64,000 bases of DNA. Source: Candidatus Uhrbacteria bacterium (GTDB lineage Bacteria > Patescibacteriota > Patescibacteriia > UBA9934). The DNA is taken from the NCBI GenBank assembly GCA_903827265.1, contig CAIKHN010000004.1, positions 104,067-168,066 of the forward strand, in the 5' to 3' direction. The notes under the pieces are model-generated. The model had not been told where the DNA came from. It made no database searches and saw only the letters and a list, made by a program, of their open reading frames with translations. Positions 41,879 through 50,840 of the stretch are shown piece after piece. A program made the position numbers and the translations under genes. The first letter of the stretch is position 1; the number at the start of each line of letters is the position of its first letter.

Positions 41879-42808
41879 TCAAGCGTCGGGGCTCTTCTTG
41901 CCATGAAACTTTGAATACACCCGCTTTAATTCCTTATCGGTAATGTGGGTGTACACCTGCGTCGTCGTGATCGACTCGTGACCGAGGAGCGACTGGACTG
42001 ATCGAATATCGGCGCCGTTGCGGAGGAGATCTGTCGCGAACGTGTGGCGAAGCGTGTGCGGAGTAACAGCTTTGGTGATTCCGGCCATACGCGCGTACCG
42101 ATCGACAATGCGTTGAACCGATCGTGGCGTAAGCGGAGCAGGGGATTCAACATTGTGACGAGCACGATCGTGACGAACGAAAAGATATTCCGAGACATCA
42201 TGACGCTTGTCGAGATACGCCTTTAGCGCGCGTTTCGCGTCGTCGGCGAGGAATACAACGCGGTGTTTACTGCCTTTTCCCTTCACCGTGAACTCCTCGC
42301 GTTTCAAATTCACTTGATCGATGCGGAGTCCGGCGCATTCTGAGACTCGAAGTCCGGTCGAAAACAGCAACTCGAGAATCGCCTTGTCGCGCAACCCAAC
42401 CAACGAATCATCGCCCTCTGGACCAGTAAGAAAACGCTGCAATTCCTCGGGTTCTAGGAACGTCACGTGCCGTGAACCCTGCTTTGCAAGTTCGATTTTA
42501 TCAGCTGACAATGTCTTGATGTCGCGCTTTGCCAAATACTTTAAAAAGGCTCGCAAAGCGATAAGGTGATAATTTTGTGTGTTCTTTTGCAACGACTCCT
42601 CATCACGTCCCGCAATTTCGCGATTCAAATACAAACGATACTTTCGTACCATTTCCAGTTCGATTTCCCCCGGATTCGGCCATTTCGCCCATTCCGCGAA
42701 TCGGTGCAGGTAAAACGCGTAATTCTTTGTGGTTTTATCGCTCCGCCCTCGTTCAATCTCAAGATACTCACAAAATTCTCGCACCAAATCCTTCAATGCC
42801 TTTGCCAT
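41879..42808 (-). CDS. XerC/XerD-family tyrosine recombinase
   Basis: RDKAILELLFSTGLRVSE, KGKGSKHR, PHTLRHTFATDLL, LLGHESITTTQVY. Confidence 0.93.
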   Translation of the reverse strand: MAKALKDLVREFCEYLEIERGRSDKTTKNYAFYLHRFAEWAKWPNPGEIELEMVRKYRLYLNREIAGRDEESLQKNTQNYHLIALRAFLKYLAKRDIKTLSADKIELAKQGSRHVTFLEPEELQRFLTGPEGDDSLVGLRDKAILELLFSTGLRVSECAGLRIDQVNLKREEFTVKGKGSKHRVVFLADDAKRALKAYLDKRHDVSEYLFVRHDRARHNVESPAPLTPRSVQRIVDRYARMAGITKAVTPHTLRHTFATDLLRNGADIRSVQSLLGHESITTTQVYTHITDKELKRVYSKFHGKKSPDA

Positions 42809-42980
42809 ATTCAACAAGTATATCAAATTTTTGCGACACATGGATCCAGAGAAACTGAGTTAGCGAGAAACCTGGTTTCTCAAAATGGGTCCCTAGAGCC
42901 GTAAGAAAATTCTTATAATAGCCTGTTTCATTGACAAAAACACCAAAACGTGGCACACTAATGCCACACCAAGGAGGACC

Positions 42981-43016
42981 ATGAAGGTCCAGAACTTCAG
43001 TCGTTTCTATCAGTAA
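42981..43016 (+). pseudogene. SD-led mini-ORF (MKVQNFSRFYQ) or decayed small gene
   Basis: TTGACA(42931)-17 bp-CACACT; AAGGAGG-ACC-ATG; hairpin GACCGGC...GCCGGTC plus T-tract at ~43080-43123. Confidence 0.45.
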
Positions 43017-43245
43017 GACCAGGTCACCGGCGCCGATGTTGCCGGGGAATGATCCTCGGCAACGCAGCAACCCTCAACTGACCGGCCGGAGCCTCGAAAC
43101 TCCGAGCCGGTCGTCTCTTTTTTCGCCAACATATTGACCTTTTTCCCCCTTTCATCTACACTTCTCCCCGTTAATATCCTCCGTTTTTCGTGGTTTCGGG
43201 GTTCAGCTCCCGTTACTCCGATGATCGGCTAAATTTTTCAAGACT

Positions 43246-43512
43246 ATGCTGGACAAGTCCTCAAAGGAAAAGCTCATTAAAAAGTTCCGAACCCATGATT
43301 CGGACACCGGCTCACCACAAGTGCAGATCGCCATTTTGTCTGCCGAAGTGAAGGAGCTCACCAAGCACCTCAAAACCCACCGCAAGGACTTTAGCTCCCG
43401 CCGCGGTTTGGTGAAGAAGGTCGCAGAACGCCGACGTTTGCTGAAGTACTTGGAGCGCGAAAACGCTACCGCGTACGCAGAACTCATCGAAGCGCTTGGT
43501 TTGAAGAAGTAA
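43246..43512 (+). CDS. rpsO: 30S ribosomal protein S15
   Basis: DTGSPQVQIAIL, HRKDFSSRRGL. Confidence 0.98.
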   Translation: MLDKSSKEKLIKKFRTHDSDTGSPQVQIAILSAEVKELTKHLKTHRKDFSSRRGLVKKVAERRRLLKYLERENATAYAELIEALGLKK

Positions 43513-43604
43513 CACAACATCCCACGTTCTCGCATCGTGATACGATGCTGAGCGTGGGATTTTCACTATTTATCCGCGGCCCATTTTTTCCGCCGCATAT
43601 CACT

Positions 43605-44408
43605 ATGGCTCTTATCGACACATCTACCCGCCGCGTCGGCGTGTTCATCGACGTTCAGAACATGTATTACAGTGCGCGCAACATTTACGGTGCAAAGGTC
43701 AACTTCGGCGCTATCGTCAAAGCCGCCGTCGGCAATCAAAAGCTCATCCGTGCAATCGCATATACGATCTCAACGAAGACTGGAGAAGAGCGTCCGTTCT
43801 TCGAAGCGCTCCAGGCGATGGGCATCGAACTCAATACCAAAGAACTTCTTGAATACGATAGCGGACACAAAAAAGGAGACTGGGACGTGGGTATTACCAT
43901 CGACGTCGTTCGCATGCTCGACATGGTGGACGTTGTCGTGATGGTTTCTGGCGACGGTGACTACTGCGCACTCGCCGACTACGTGAAGAGCCGCGGTCGC
44001 ATTTTCCATGTTGTCTCGTTCCGTGAATCAACATCAAGCAAGCTCGTCGAGGTCGCTGATATTTACACCAACCTTTCACAGGACAAAAAAGCCTTCCTCA
44101 TTGGCGGAAGTAACAATCATCGTCCGCCACAGCATCACCTTTCGTCATCGACCGACACCTTCGATGACGTCATTGCAGAACAAGTCGCAAACAAAGCAAT
44201 CGAAGTCCCAAAGAAGGAAATCGCAGAGCGCGTACATCCAAAACAAGCAAATATTCTCACCACTCCTGCGGCTACCGCAGTCCCTATTGCCCCGATTCGC
44301 TTCAATAAAAAACCCGAAGCGCCAGCACAGAACAAACCACAGGGCCGCGGCCGCCCACGAAAGCCCCGACAAAATCCAAACGTTCCACAGCTTCCCATGA
44401 ATGCGTAG
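43605..44408 (+). CDS. NYN/LabA-DUF88 domain protein
   Basis: VFIDVQNMY, KGDWDVGITID, VSGDGDY. Confidence 0.92.
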   Translation: MALIDTSTRRVGVFIDVQNMYYSARNIYGAKVNFGAIVKAAVGNQKLIRAIAYTISTKTGEERPFFEALQAMGIELNTKELLEYDSGHKKGDWDVGITIDVVRMLDMVDVVVMVSGDGDYCALADYVKSRGRIFHVVSFRESTSSKLVEVADIYTNLSQDKKAFLIGGSNNHRPPQHHLSSSTDTFDDVIAEQVANKAIEVPKKEIAERVHPKQANILTTPAATAVPIAPIRFNKKPEAPAQNKPQGRGRPRKPRQNPNVPQLPMNA

Positions 44409-44546
44409 TTACTGTGGTCGAGGAGAAATCCTCGACCACGCAGATCACTCATTCATAATCATCGAGTTCCGGCATTGGACAGCGAGCACTTCATCGCCAT
44501 GGCGCGATCGAGTTCTTTTGTCTATTGCCGATCTCAAATTCTCACT

Positions 44547-46736
44547 ATGGAAACGCCAACATTTCAGATGGAATTCGGAGGAAAGACTTTGAAGGTTCAA
44601 GTCGGAAAGTATGCACGCGCCGCAAACGGCAGCTGTACGGTGCAGTACGGAAACACCGTTGTTCTCGCAACAGCGGTCATGAGTAAAGAAGCTCGTCCAG
44701 GAATGGGATATTTCCCACTCATGGTCGATTTCGAGGAAAAGCTCTACGCCGCTGGTCGCATTAAAGGATCACGATTCATTAAGCGCGAAGGCCGCCCAAC
44801 AGACGAAGCCGTTCTCGTCGCCCGATTCATCGATCGCGCAATTCGTCCGTTGTTTGATACGCGCATCGAGAACGATGTTCAGGTGATTCTTTCTGTCCTC
44901 GCATTCGACGGCGAGAACGACGCTGACATTCCAGCGCTCATTGGCGCATCACTCGCCTTGCATATTTCTGACATTCCATGGAATGGCCCTATTGCTGCGG
45001 CTCGCGTGAACGACGCTGATGGCAAGCTCATCATCAACGGAACATACGCACAACGCGAAGTAGCGACATTTAACGTGGATGTTGCCGGTACACCCGAAAA
45101 GCTCATCATGATGGAAGCAGACGCCATGCAAACACCGGAAGCGGATGTTCTCGCGGCTATTCAGTTCGGTCAGGAGTCACTTAGCCCAGTCATCGCATTC
45201 ATCGAAAAAATTCGCTCTGAAATTGGTAAAGAGAAAATCGATCTCTTCACGCCAAAGAACGACGAACAGAAAGCTGCGATCACACGAAAGATCGAAATTA
45301 CCGAACGCGCAAACGCCATCATGAAGCCGCTTATGCAGGAGCTGTTCCTTGATGCACCAAAAGCGACAAAGACCGAGCGCGCGGTGGCAAAAGACACCAT
45401 GAAGAAGCGTTTGGTTGAAGCGTGTAAGGCCGAAGGAATGGAAGATGCCGATATCGCGATCGCAAAGAGTGCATTGTACCCATTCATCGATTCAGAAATT
45501 ACCCGGTTGATTCTGGACGACGGAAAGCGCGTCGATGGTCGCGCAATCAACGAGGTCCGAACGATCGTTTCTGAAGTTGGCGTCCTGCCATGCGTCCACG
45601 GTAGCGGTCACTTTATGCGCGGCGAAACACAAGTGCTTTCTATCGCAACCCTCGGCGCCCCCGGAGACAAGCAGACGCTCGACGGCATGGAATTGGTTGG
45701 CGAGAAGAGCTTTATGCATCACTACAACTTCCCACCATTCTCCGTGGGTGAAGCAAAGCCCCTTCGTGGTGCTGGTCGTCGTGAAATTGGTCACGGCGCG
45801 CTTGCGGAAAAAGCTATCGAGCCAGTACTGCCAAAGCTCGAAGACTTCCCATATTCCATTCGCGTCGTTTCCGAAGTACTCGGATCGAACGGATCGAGCT
45901 CAATGGGCTCAACGTGCGGAACAAGCTTGGCGCTTATGGATGCCGGTGTACCAATTACCGCACCAGTTGCTGGCGTAGCAATGGGACTCGCAAGCGATGG
46001 CAAGCGATACCGCGTTATTACCGACCTTCAAGACCTTGAAGACGGCGAAGGCGGTATGGACTTCAAAGTTACCGGAACAGAAAAGGGAATTACCGCTATT
46101 CAGCTCGACACCAAAACCGATGGACTTCCTCGCGAAGTTGTTGTTGAGGCAATTACTGGCGCTCGCGTTGCCCGATTACAGATTCTGGAAGTCATGAAGA
46201 ATGCAATCGCAACTCCTCGTGCCGAGCTCTCACCAACAGCGCCTCGAATCTTGAAACTTCGTATTAATCCAGAACTCATTCGCGTCGTTATCGGCAGTGG
46301 TGGAAAAACCATCAATGAAATTATCGCAAAAACGGGCGTCACCGCGATCGATATCGAAGACGACGGCCTCGTCATGATCACCGCAGTAAACGGCGAAAGC
46401 GGAAAGGCGGCATTTGATTGGGTCACAAACCTCACGCGTGAAGTGAAGGCCGGCGAGACATTCGACGGGGAAGTTGTTCGCCTTATGGACTTTGGTGCCT
46501 TCGTCCAGATTCTTCCAGGAAAGGACGGAATGGTGCACGTGTCTGAACTTGCTCCATGGCGTGTCGACAAAGTGACCGACATCGTAAGTGTTGGCGACAA
46601 AGTGAAAGTTGTCGTTATCGAAATCGACGAGAAAGGCCGCATCAATCTTTCCATGAAAAAAGCTGAAGGCAACGTGTATACTGACGAAATGCGCGCAAAG
46701 GCATCAACCGCAGCACCAAAGCCACGCAGCAACTAA
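44547..46736 (+). CDS. pnp: Polynucleotide phosphorylase
   Basis: RIKGSRFIKREGRP, RREIGHGALAE, SNGSSSMGS, DFKVTGT, KH and S1 domains. Confidence 0.99.
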   Translation: METPTFQMEFGGKTLKVQVGKYARAANGSCTVQYGNTVVLATAVMSKEARPGMGYFPLMVDFEEKLYAAGRIKGSRFIKREGRPTDEAVLVARFIDRAIRPLFDTRIENDVQVILSVLAFDGENDADIPALIGASLALHISDIPWNGPIAAARVNDADGKLIINGTYAQREVATFNVDVAGTPEKLIMMEADAMQTPEADVLAAIQFGQESLSPVIAFIEKIRSEIGKEKIDLFTPKNDEQKAAITRKIEITERANAIMKPLMQELFLDAPKATKTERAVAKDTMKKRLVEACKAEGMEDADIAIAKSALYPFIDSEITRLILDDGKRVDGRAINEVRTIVSEVGVLPCVHGSGHFMRGETQVLSIATLGAPGDKQTLDGMELVGEKSFMHHYNFPPFSVGEAKPLRGAGRREIGHGALAEKAIEPVLPKLEDFPYSIRVVSEVLGSNGSSSMGSTCGTSLALMDAGVPITAPVAGVAMGLASDGKRYRVITDLQDLEDGEGGMDFKVTGTEKGITAIQLDTKTDGLPREVVVEAITGARVARLQILEVMKNAIATPRAELSPTAPRILKLRINPELIRVVIGSGGKTINEIIAKTGVTAIDIEDDGLVMITAVNGESGKAAFDWVTNLTREVKAGETFDGEVVRLMDFGAFVQILPGKDGMVHVSELAPWRVDKVTDIVSVGDKVKVVVIEIDEKGRINLSMKKAEGNVYTDEMRAKASTAAPKPRSN

Positions 46737-46739
46737 GCC

Positions 46740-47984
46740 ATGGACCACGCACTCAACATCCCCATGAACATAAGTCCCACCCGCCAGAATATCTGGCGGG
46801 TGTTGCGCGTTGCTGGAATCATTCTTGCCGCATGGAGCATTGTGACCGGATTTCATCGGCTCGCATTTGCGTTCAGCGCCGTCGTTCCACCGAATAACAC
46901 CGTCGCCATCAGAATCACGAAGAACGACCAAACAATCGCAAATCTTCGATCACTCGCAAAAGGAATGAACGTCGTTCCCGGCATTCCGATTTCGCTCGCC
47001 GACGCATTGAACGCCACTAATCACACACTGAATATTTGGTTTGCCGATGATGGCACAGTCACGATGATTTTTGATAAACCTTTTGATGATCGCAAAAGTG
47101 GCGGACTCGATTCTATTGCACCAGGGGAAATCTTTAGCGACTACAAACAAAATATTACGGTCATTTCAAATAACCCAGCGCTGGCACCCATACAAAAAAG
47201 CATTCTCAAAAACATCCTTCCAACCATATTTTCTGGAGATTCTGCAACACTAACACTCGGCGACGATCGAACAGACGTCTCAATCACGTCGGAAGCAATC
47301 ACTCTCCACGGCACCGCATTTCTTGCCGCGCCAAATATCGACGAGCCCGTCACGCAATCAACGCGGTTCAGTGCAGATATTTCTGCATCAGACATTTCCA
47401 CACTTGCTCATCGTACATTTACCCAAAACACACCAGGCTTTGCATCACTTCTTTTTCTCGCAGGGCGCAACGGCATTTCCGCACGCATCGATGATGTCGA
47501 CGAGATACTGGCGTACACATTTTCCATACCCTTAACATCAGAAACGGAAACGCTGGTGAACGAAGCGATGCTCCGCTCCATCGCAAAAGAACTCGTCGAA
47601 GTCCCAACGATTGAAGGAATCACAACGTTTCTTGATGACGGAAGCAAATCATTAACGCTCCGCTCACGAGAAGAGGCGAGTGTCGTTGTTCGAGACGACG
47701 CGCCGTATCGATTCGTTACTGCAACGACGTCACATGGCACTGCATACATCACGCAAACTCCAACGCTCCTCACGGTGAGTAATCATGTTCAGAACACAAA
47801 TACTCCTCAGGCCCAATTTCCCACTTGTCTTTCCGGAACCATCGCGTTTGCTCAGCCCCGGAAACTCTTTTCTGTATTAAATATACAAACGTTTTACCAA
47901 CCTTCGCTGCTCTCAAATCTCTTGTGGCGTGCAGACGAAATTGCGAGCACGCTTTCTGAAACGCGCATCTGCAGCGCTCCATAA
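46740..47984 (+). CDS. Hypothetical N-terminally membrane-anchored protein
   Basis: 414-aa ORF starting 3 nt after pnp; one N-terminal hydrophobic segment. Confidence 0.65.
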   Translation: MDHALNIPMNISPTRQNIWRVLRVAGIILAAWSIVTGFHRLAFAFSAVVPPNNTVAIRITKNDQTIANLRSLAKGMNVVPGIPISLADALNATNHTLNIWFADDGTVTMIFDKPFDDRKSGGLDSIAPGEIFSDYKQNITVISNNPALAPIQKSILKNILPTIFSGDSATLTLGDDRTDVSITSEAITLHGTAFLAAPNIDEPVTQSTRFSADISASDISTLAHRTFTQNTPGFASLLFLAGRNGISARIDDVDEILAYTFSIPLTSETETLVNEAMLRSIAKELVEVPTIEGITTFLDDGSKSLTLRSREEASVVVRDDAPYRFVTATTSHGTAYITQTPTLLTVSNHVQNTNTPQAQFPTCLSGTIAFAQPRKLFSVLNIQTFYQPSLLSNLLWRADEIASTLSETRICSAP

Positions 47985-48002
47985 TTTTGTGGTATAGTTT
48001 TT

Positions 48003-48426
48003 AGAGTTCCTTCTACAATTCCTTTGCCACTTGGGAGGTTGTTTCCCAAAACCCCACAAACTCGTTTTGAGAAACGCCTCACTGCTGTACGGAGTGAAAA
48101 AGCATTAGGGCGTCCATGGATTGAAACAGGAATGTACACCGAAACCATGCCAGCCCACACTTCAGTAGAGCAGATTCGCATACTGGAATACTCGTCGCAC
48201 ACTGTTCGTGTGGTATTGCGTTCTCGTGATCACCTTCTTGGTAACCACAAGAACCCAATGCCGCATCATAGCGGCGTCTCGTCGATCTATTCCCTCGAGG
48301 GCGTGCCCGGGACGAAACTCTGCACAAATGCACTGTTCACAGCCCGAAGGACGCCCTCTTGCTATTTCCAAGCGATTTCTCTATCCTCAATAGAACCAAG
48401 CGCTTCGCTGTAGAGGCTAGAAATTC
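48003..48426 (+). ncRNA. Candidate large structured RNA or 5' leader upstream of dksA
   Basis: TGG-TATAGT extended -10 at ~47990; closing helices AGGGCGTCC/GGACGCCCT and TTCTACA/TGTAGAG; about 9 internal hairpins. Confidence 0.45.
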
Positions 48427-48431
48427 TTCGT

Positions 48432-48800
48432 ATGAAAAAAACATTCGTTACTGAAATGGAGACACGCCTTCGCGCAGAACGCGAAAAAATTGTCGCAGAA
48501 CTTACACGAGTCTCTCCTCGCGTTATTGCAGGCGACGCATTTGACGCCGACTACAACACCCTCGGCGACAAAGAAGACGAGAGCGCCGACAAAGCGGCAG
48601 AAATCGGAGACAACCTCTCATTGGAAAATGAACTGTCCTCCGCACTCCGTGACATTGATAGCGCGCTCAAGGCTATTGCAAACGAAACATACGGAACATG
48701 TAAATACTGCAAGCAGCTTATTGATGAAGCGCGCCTGCAAATTCGACCAACGTCAACATCGTGCGTTGCATGTAAAAAAACACTCACTCAAGAAATGTAA
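48432..48800 (+). CDS. DksA/TraR C4 zinc-finger protein
   Basis: Coiled coil with DESADKA; ALKAIANETYGTCKYC...RLQIRP...CVAC. Confidence 0.9.
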   Translation: MKKTFVTEMETRLRAEREKIVAELTRVSPRVIAGDAFDADYNTLGDKEDESADKAAEIGDNLSLENELSSALRDIDSALKAIANETYGTCKYCKQLIDEARLQIRPTSTSCVACKKTLTQEM

Positions 48801-48835
48801 CCATCGCATCGAGCTTCGGCTCGATGTTTGGTTTT

Positions 48836-49381
48836 ATGCGAAAGGAAATCTTTCTCGCCGGAACAATCGGAATCTGTATTCTTGGCCTCGTTGACTGGAT
48901 ACTGAAGCGCCTTGCAATCGAACACCTCGCAGAAGGTCGCTCTATACATCTCCTTCCATTTGTCGACATCTTTCTCCACCAAAATCTGGGAATTACGTTT
49001 GATATTCCAATTCCGATCTCGATGATTGCGATTGCCACAATCGGCATACTCCTTTTCCTCATCGATCGCGCATCGATCACATACACCATCGATCCCGGCA
49101 CAACACTTGGCGCAATCGCCGTTATCGTCGGAGCCTCAAACAATCTCGTCGATCGAGTCATGAATGGTTTTACGACCGACTACCTGATGTTCTTTCACAC
49201 ATCAATCATCAATGGATCCGATGCACTGATTCTTCTAGGCGTTGCATGCATTTTCTGGTACACTCGAAACAATCCCCACGCGCTGCGCAATTTTATTCAG
49301 CCGTCCCCGCCACATTATGGCGTCGTTTCGCGTTTGTTCCGCAGCATTGTTCGGCCTTTCCGCAACTCCAGTCACCGTTGA
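48836..49381 (+). CDS. lspA: Lipoprotein signal peptidase II
   Basis: DWILK, HQNLGITF, GASNNLVDRV.NGFTTDY, IINGSDALI; 4 TMs. Confidence 0.8.
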   Translation: MRKEIFLAGTIGICILGLVDWILKRLAIEHLAEGRSIHLLPFVDIFLHQNLGITFDIPIPISMIAIATIGILLFLIDRASITYTIDPGTTLGAIAVIVGASNNLVDRVMNGFTTDYLMFFHTSIINGSDALILLGVACIFWYTRNNPHALRNFIQPSPPHYGVVSRLFRSIVRPFRNSSHR

Positions 49382-50840
49382 AGCAGATGTATCCTCAGGC
49401 CTTCCGCGTTTTCAGATCGTCGGCCTTCCTGACGCCGCCGTCAGCGAAGCGCGCGACCGTGTTCGTGCAGCAATGAAAAATTCCGGGTTTCCGTTCCCTC
49501 GAACACATGTCACGATCAATCTCGCTCCCGCTGACACTCGAAAACAAGGGCCACTGTATGACCTCGCCATTGCGCTCGCGATTCTTGGAGCGCAAGGCAC
49601 ACTGACAAAAACAGACGTCCTTCATCAATACGTCGTTATTGGCGAACTCAGTCTCGACGGAAGTCTTCGCCCCGCACGAGGAGTTCTCCTCGCTGCATCA
49701 ATGACAAAACGTGAGGGGTATTCTGGCGTCCTTGTTGCAAACGAAAACATCGACGAAGCGCGGCTTGTCGAGAGCGTAGGCGTCGCCTCGGCAACATCGC
49801 TCAAAGATTGCGTAGAGCAAATTGAATCGGGTTCCTGGAGGCCAATTTCACCGTCGCCAACGCCCGACGCATTGGAAAGCGACGGATTTGCACAGAGCGA
49901 CGACTTTGCGCTCGTCGCCGGGCAATCACACGCAAAGCGCGCACTAGAAATTGCCGCGGCAGGCGGCCACAATATTCTTCTTTCAGGCCCGCCAGGAAGC
50001 GGAAAGACTATGCTCGCGCGAGCGTTCGCGACGCTGCTTCCGCCGCCAACCATCGACGAATCCATTGAGATAACCTCAATCCATTCCATTGCCGGGCTTC
50101 TTCGCGGGAAGCGCATTACGCATCGTCCGTTCCGATCTCCGCACCACACAAGCAGTGGAATCGCTCTTGTTGGTGGGGGCGCGCAGCCTCGACCAGGAGA
50201 AATTTCTCTTGCGCATCGTGGAGTGCTCTTTCTTGATGAATTTCCAGAGTTCTCCCGCGCTGTTCTTGAGAATCTCCGCCAACCGCTTGAAGACGGCACA
50301 ATCTCCGTTTCACGCGCCGCGGGAAGCATCTCGTTCCCAGCACGATTCATGCTCGTCGCATCAATGAACCCTTGTCCATGCGGATTTGTCAGCGATCCAG
50401 GGATTGCCTGCACCTGCACGCCGGGGATCATCTTAAAGTATCAGCAAAAGATCTCGGGGCCACTGCTCGATAGAATCGATCTCCGTGTTGAAGTTCCTCG
50501 CGTGGCGTTTGATGATCTTACGTCCAATGCGCCAAGCGAGTCGTCGGCAGCAGTTCGTGAGCGCGTGACCGCCGTACGACAACTGACGCAAACGCGTTAC
50601 ACAACATCAGGAACGCTCACGAATGCAGAACTCCGTCCGGCGCAAATGAAAACCTGGTGCAAACTCACAGACGACGGTGTAGCCCTCCTCAAATCCGCAG
50701 TTGATCGGCTCCACATGTCAGCACGATCGTACGGGCGAATTCTCAAAGTCGCACGAACAATTGCCGACCTCGCAAAAGAAGAGCATATCTCTGCCGCACA
50801 TCTTGCCGAAGCACTACAATACCGAATTCGAAACGCTTAG
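49317..50840 (+). CDS. comM: ComM/YifB Mg-chelatase-like AAA+ ATPase
   Basis: IVGLPDAAVSEARDRV, GPPGSGKTML, GEISLAHRGVLFLDE, MNPCPCG. Confidence 0.95.
   Translation: MASFRVCSAALFGLSATPVTVEADVSSGLPRFQIVGLPDAAVSEARDRVRAAMKNSGFPFPRTHVTINLAPADTRKQGPLYDLAIALAILGAQGTLTKTDVLHQYVVIGELSLDGSLRPARGVLLAASMTKREGYSGVLVANENIDEARLVESVGVASATSLKDCVEQIESGSWRPISPSPTPDALESDGFAQSDDFALVAGQSHAKRALEIAAAGGHNILLSGPPGSGKTMLARAFATLLPPPTIDESIEITSIHSIAGLLRGKRITHRPFRSPHHTSSGIALVGGGAQPRPGEISLAHRGVLFLDEFPEFSRAVLENLRQPLEDGTISVSRAAGSISFPARFMLVASMNPCPCGFVSDPGIACTCTPGIILKYQQKISGPLLDRIDLRVEVPRVAFDDLTSNAPSESSAAVRERVTAVRQLTQTRYTTSGTLTNAELRPAQMKTWCKLTDDGVALLKSAVDRLHMSARSYGRILKVARTIADLAKEEHISAAHLAEALQYRIRNA

Noticed and set aside
41630-42808. 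Tyrosine recombinase next to tRNA-His/Arg as the integrase of a prophage or genomic island
   Set aside because: The protein looks like a housekeeping XerC/D with a core-type T-ATG start. I saw no duplicated tRNA 3' end (att site) and no phage genes nearby.
48024-48413. 129-aa ORF upstream of dksA; also tmRNA or RNase P RNA identity for this region
   Set aside because: The ORF has a TTG start and no motif. The region lacks a T-arm/CCA end and the GAGGAAAGTCC signature, so it is reported only as an unknown structured RNA candidate.
49317-49381. 65-nt lspA/comM overlap as dual coding
   Set aside because: It is most simply a non-conserved C-terminal run-on of LspA after its last TM helix.
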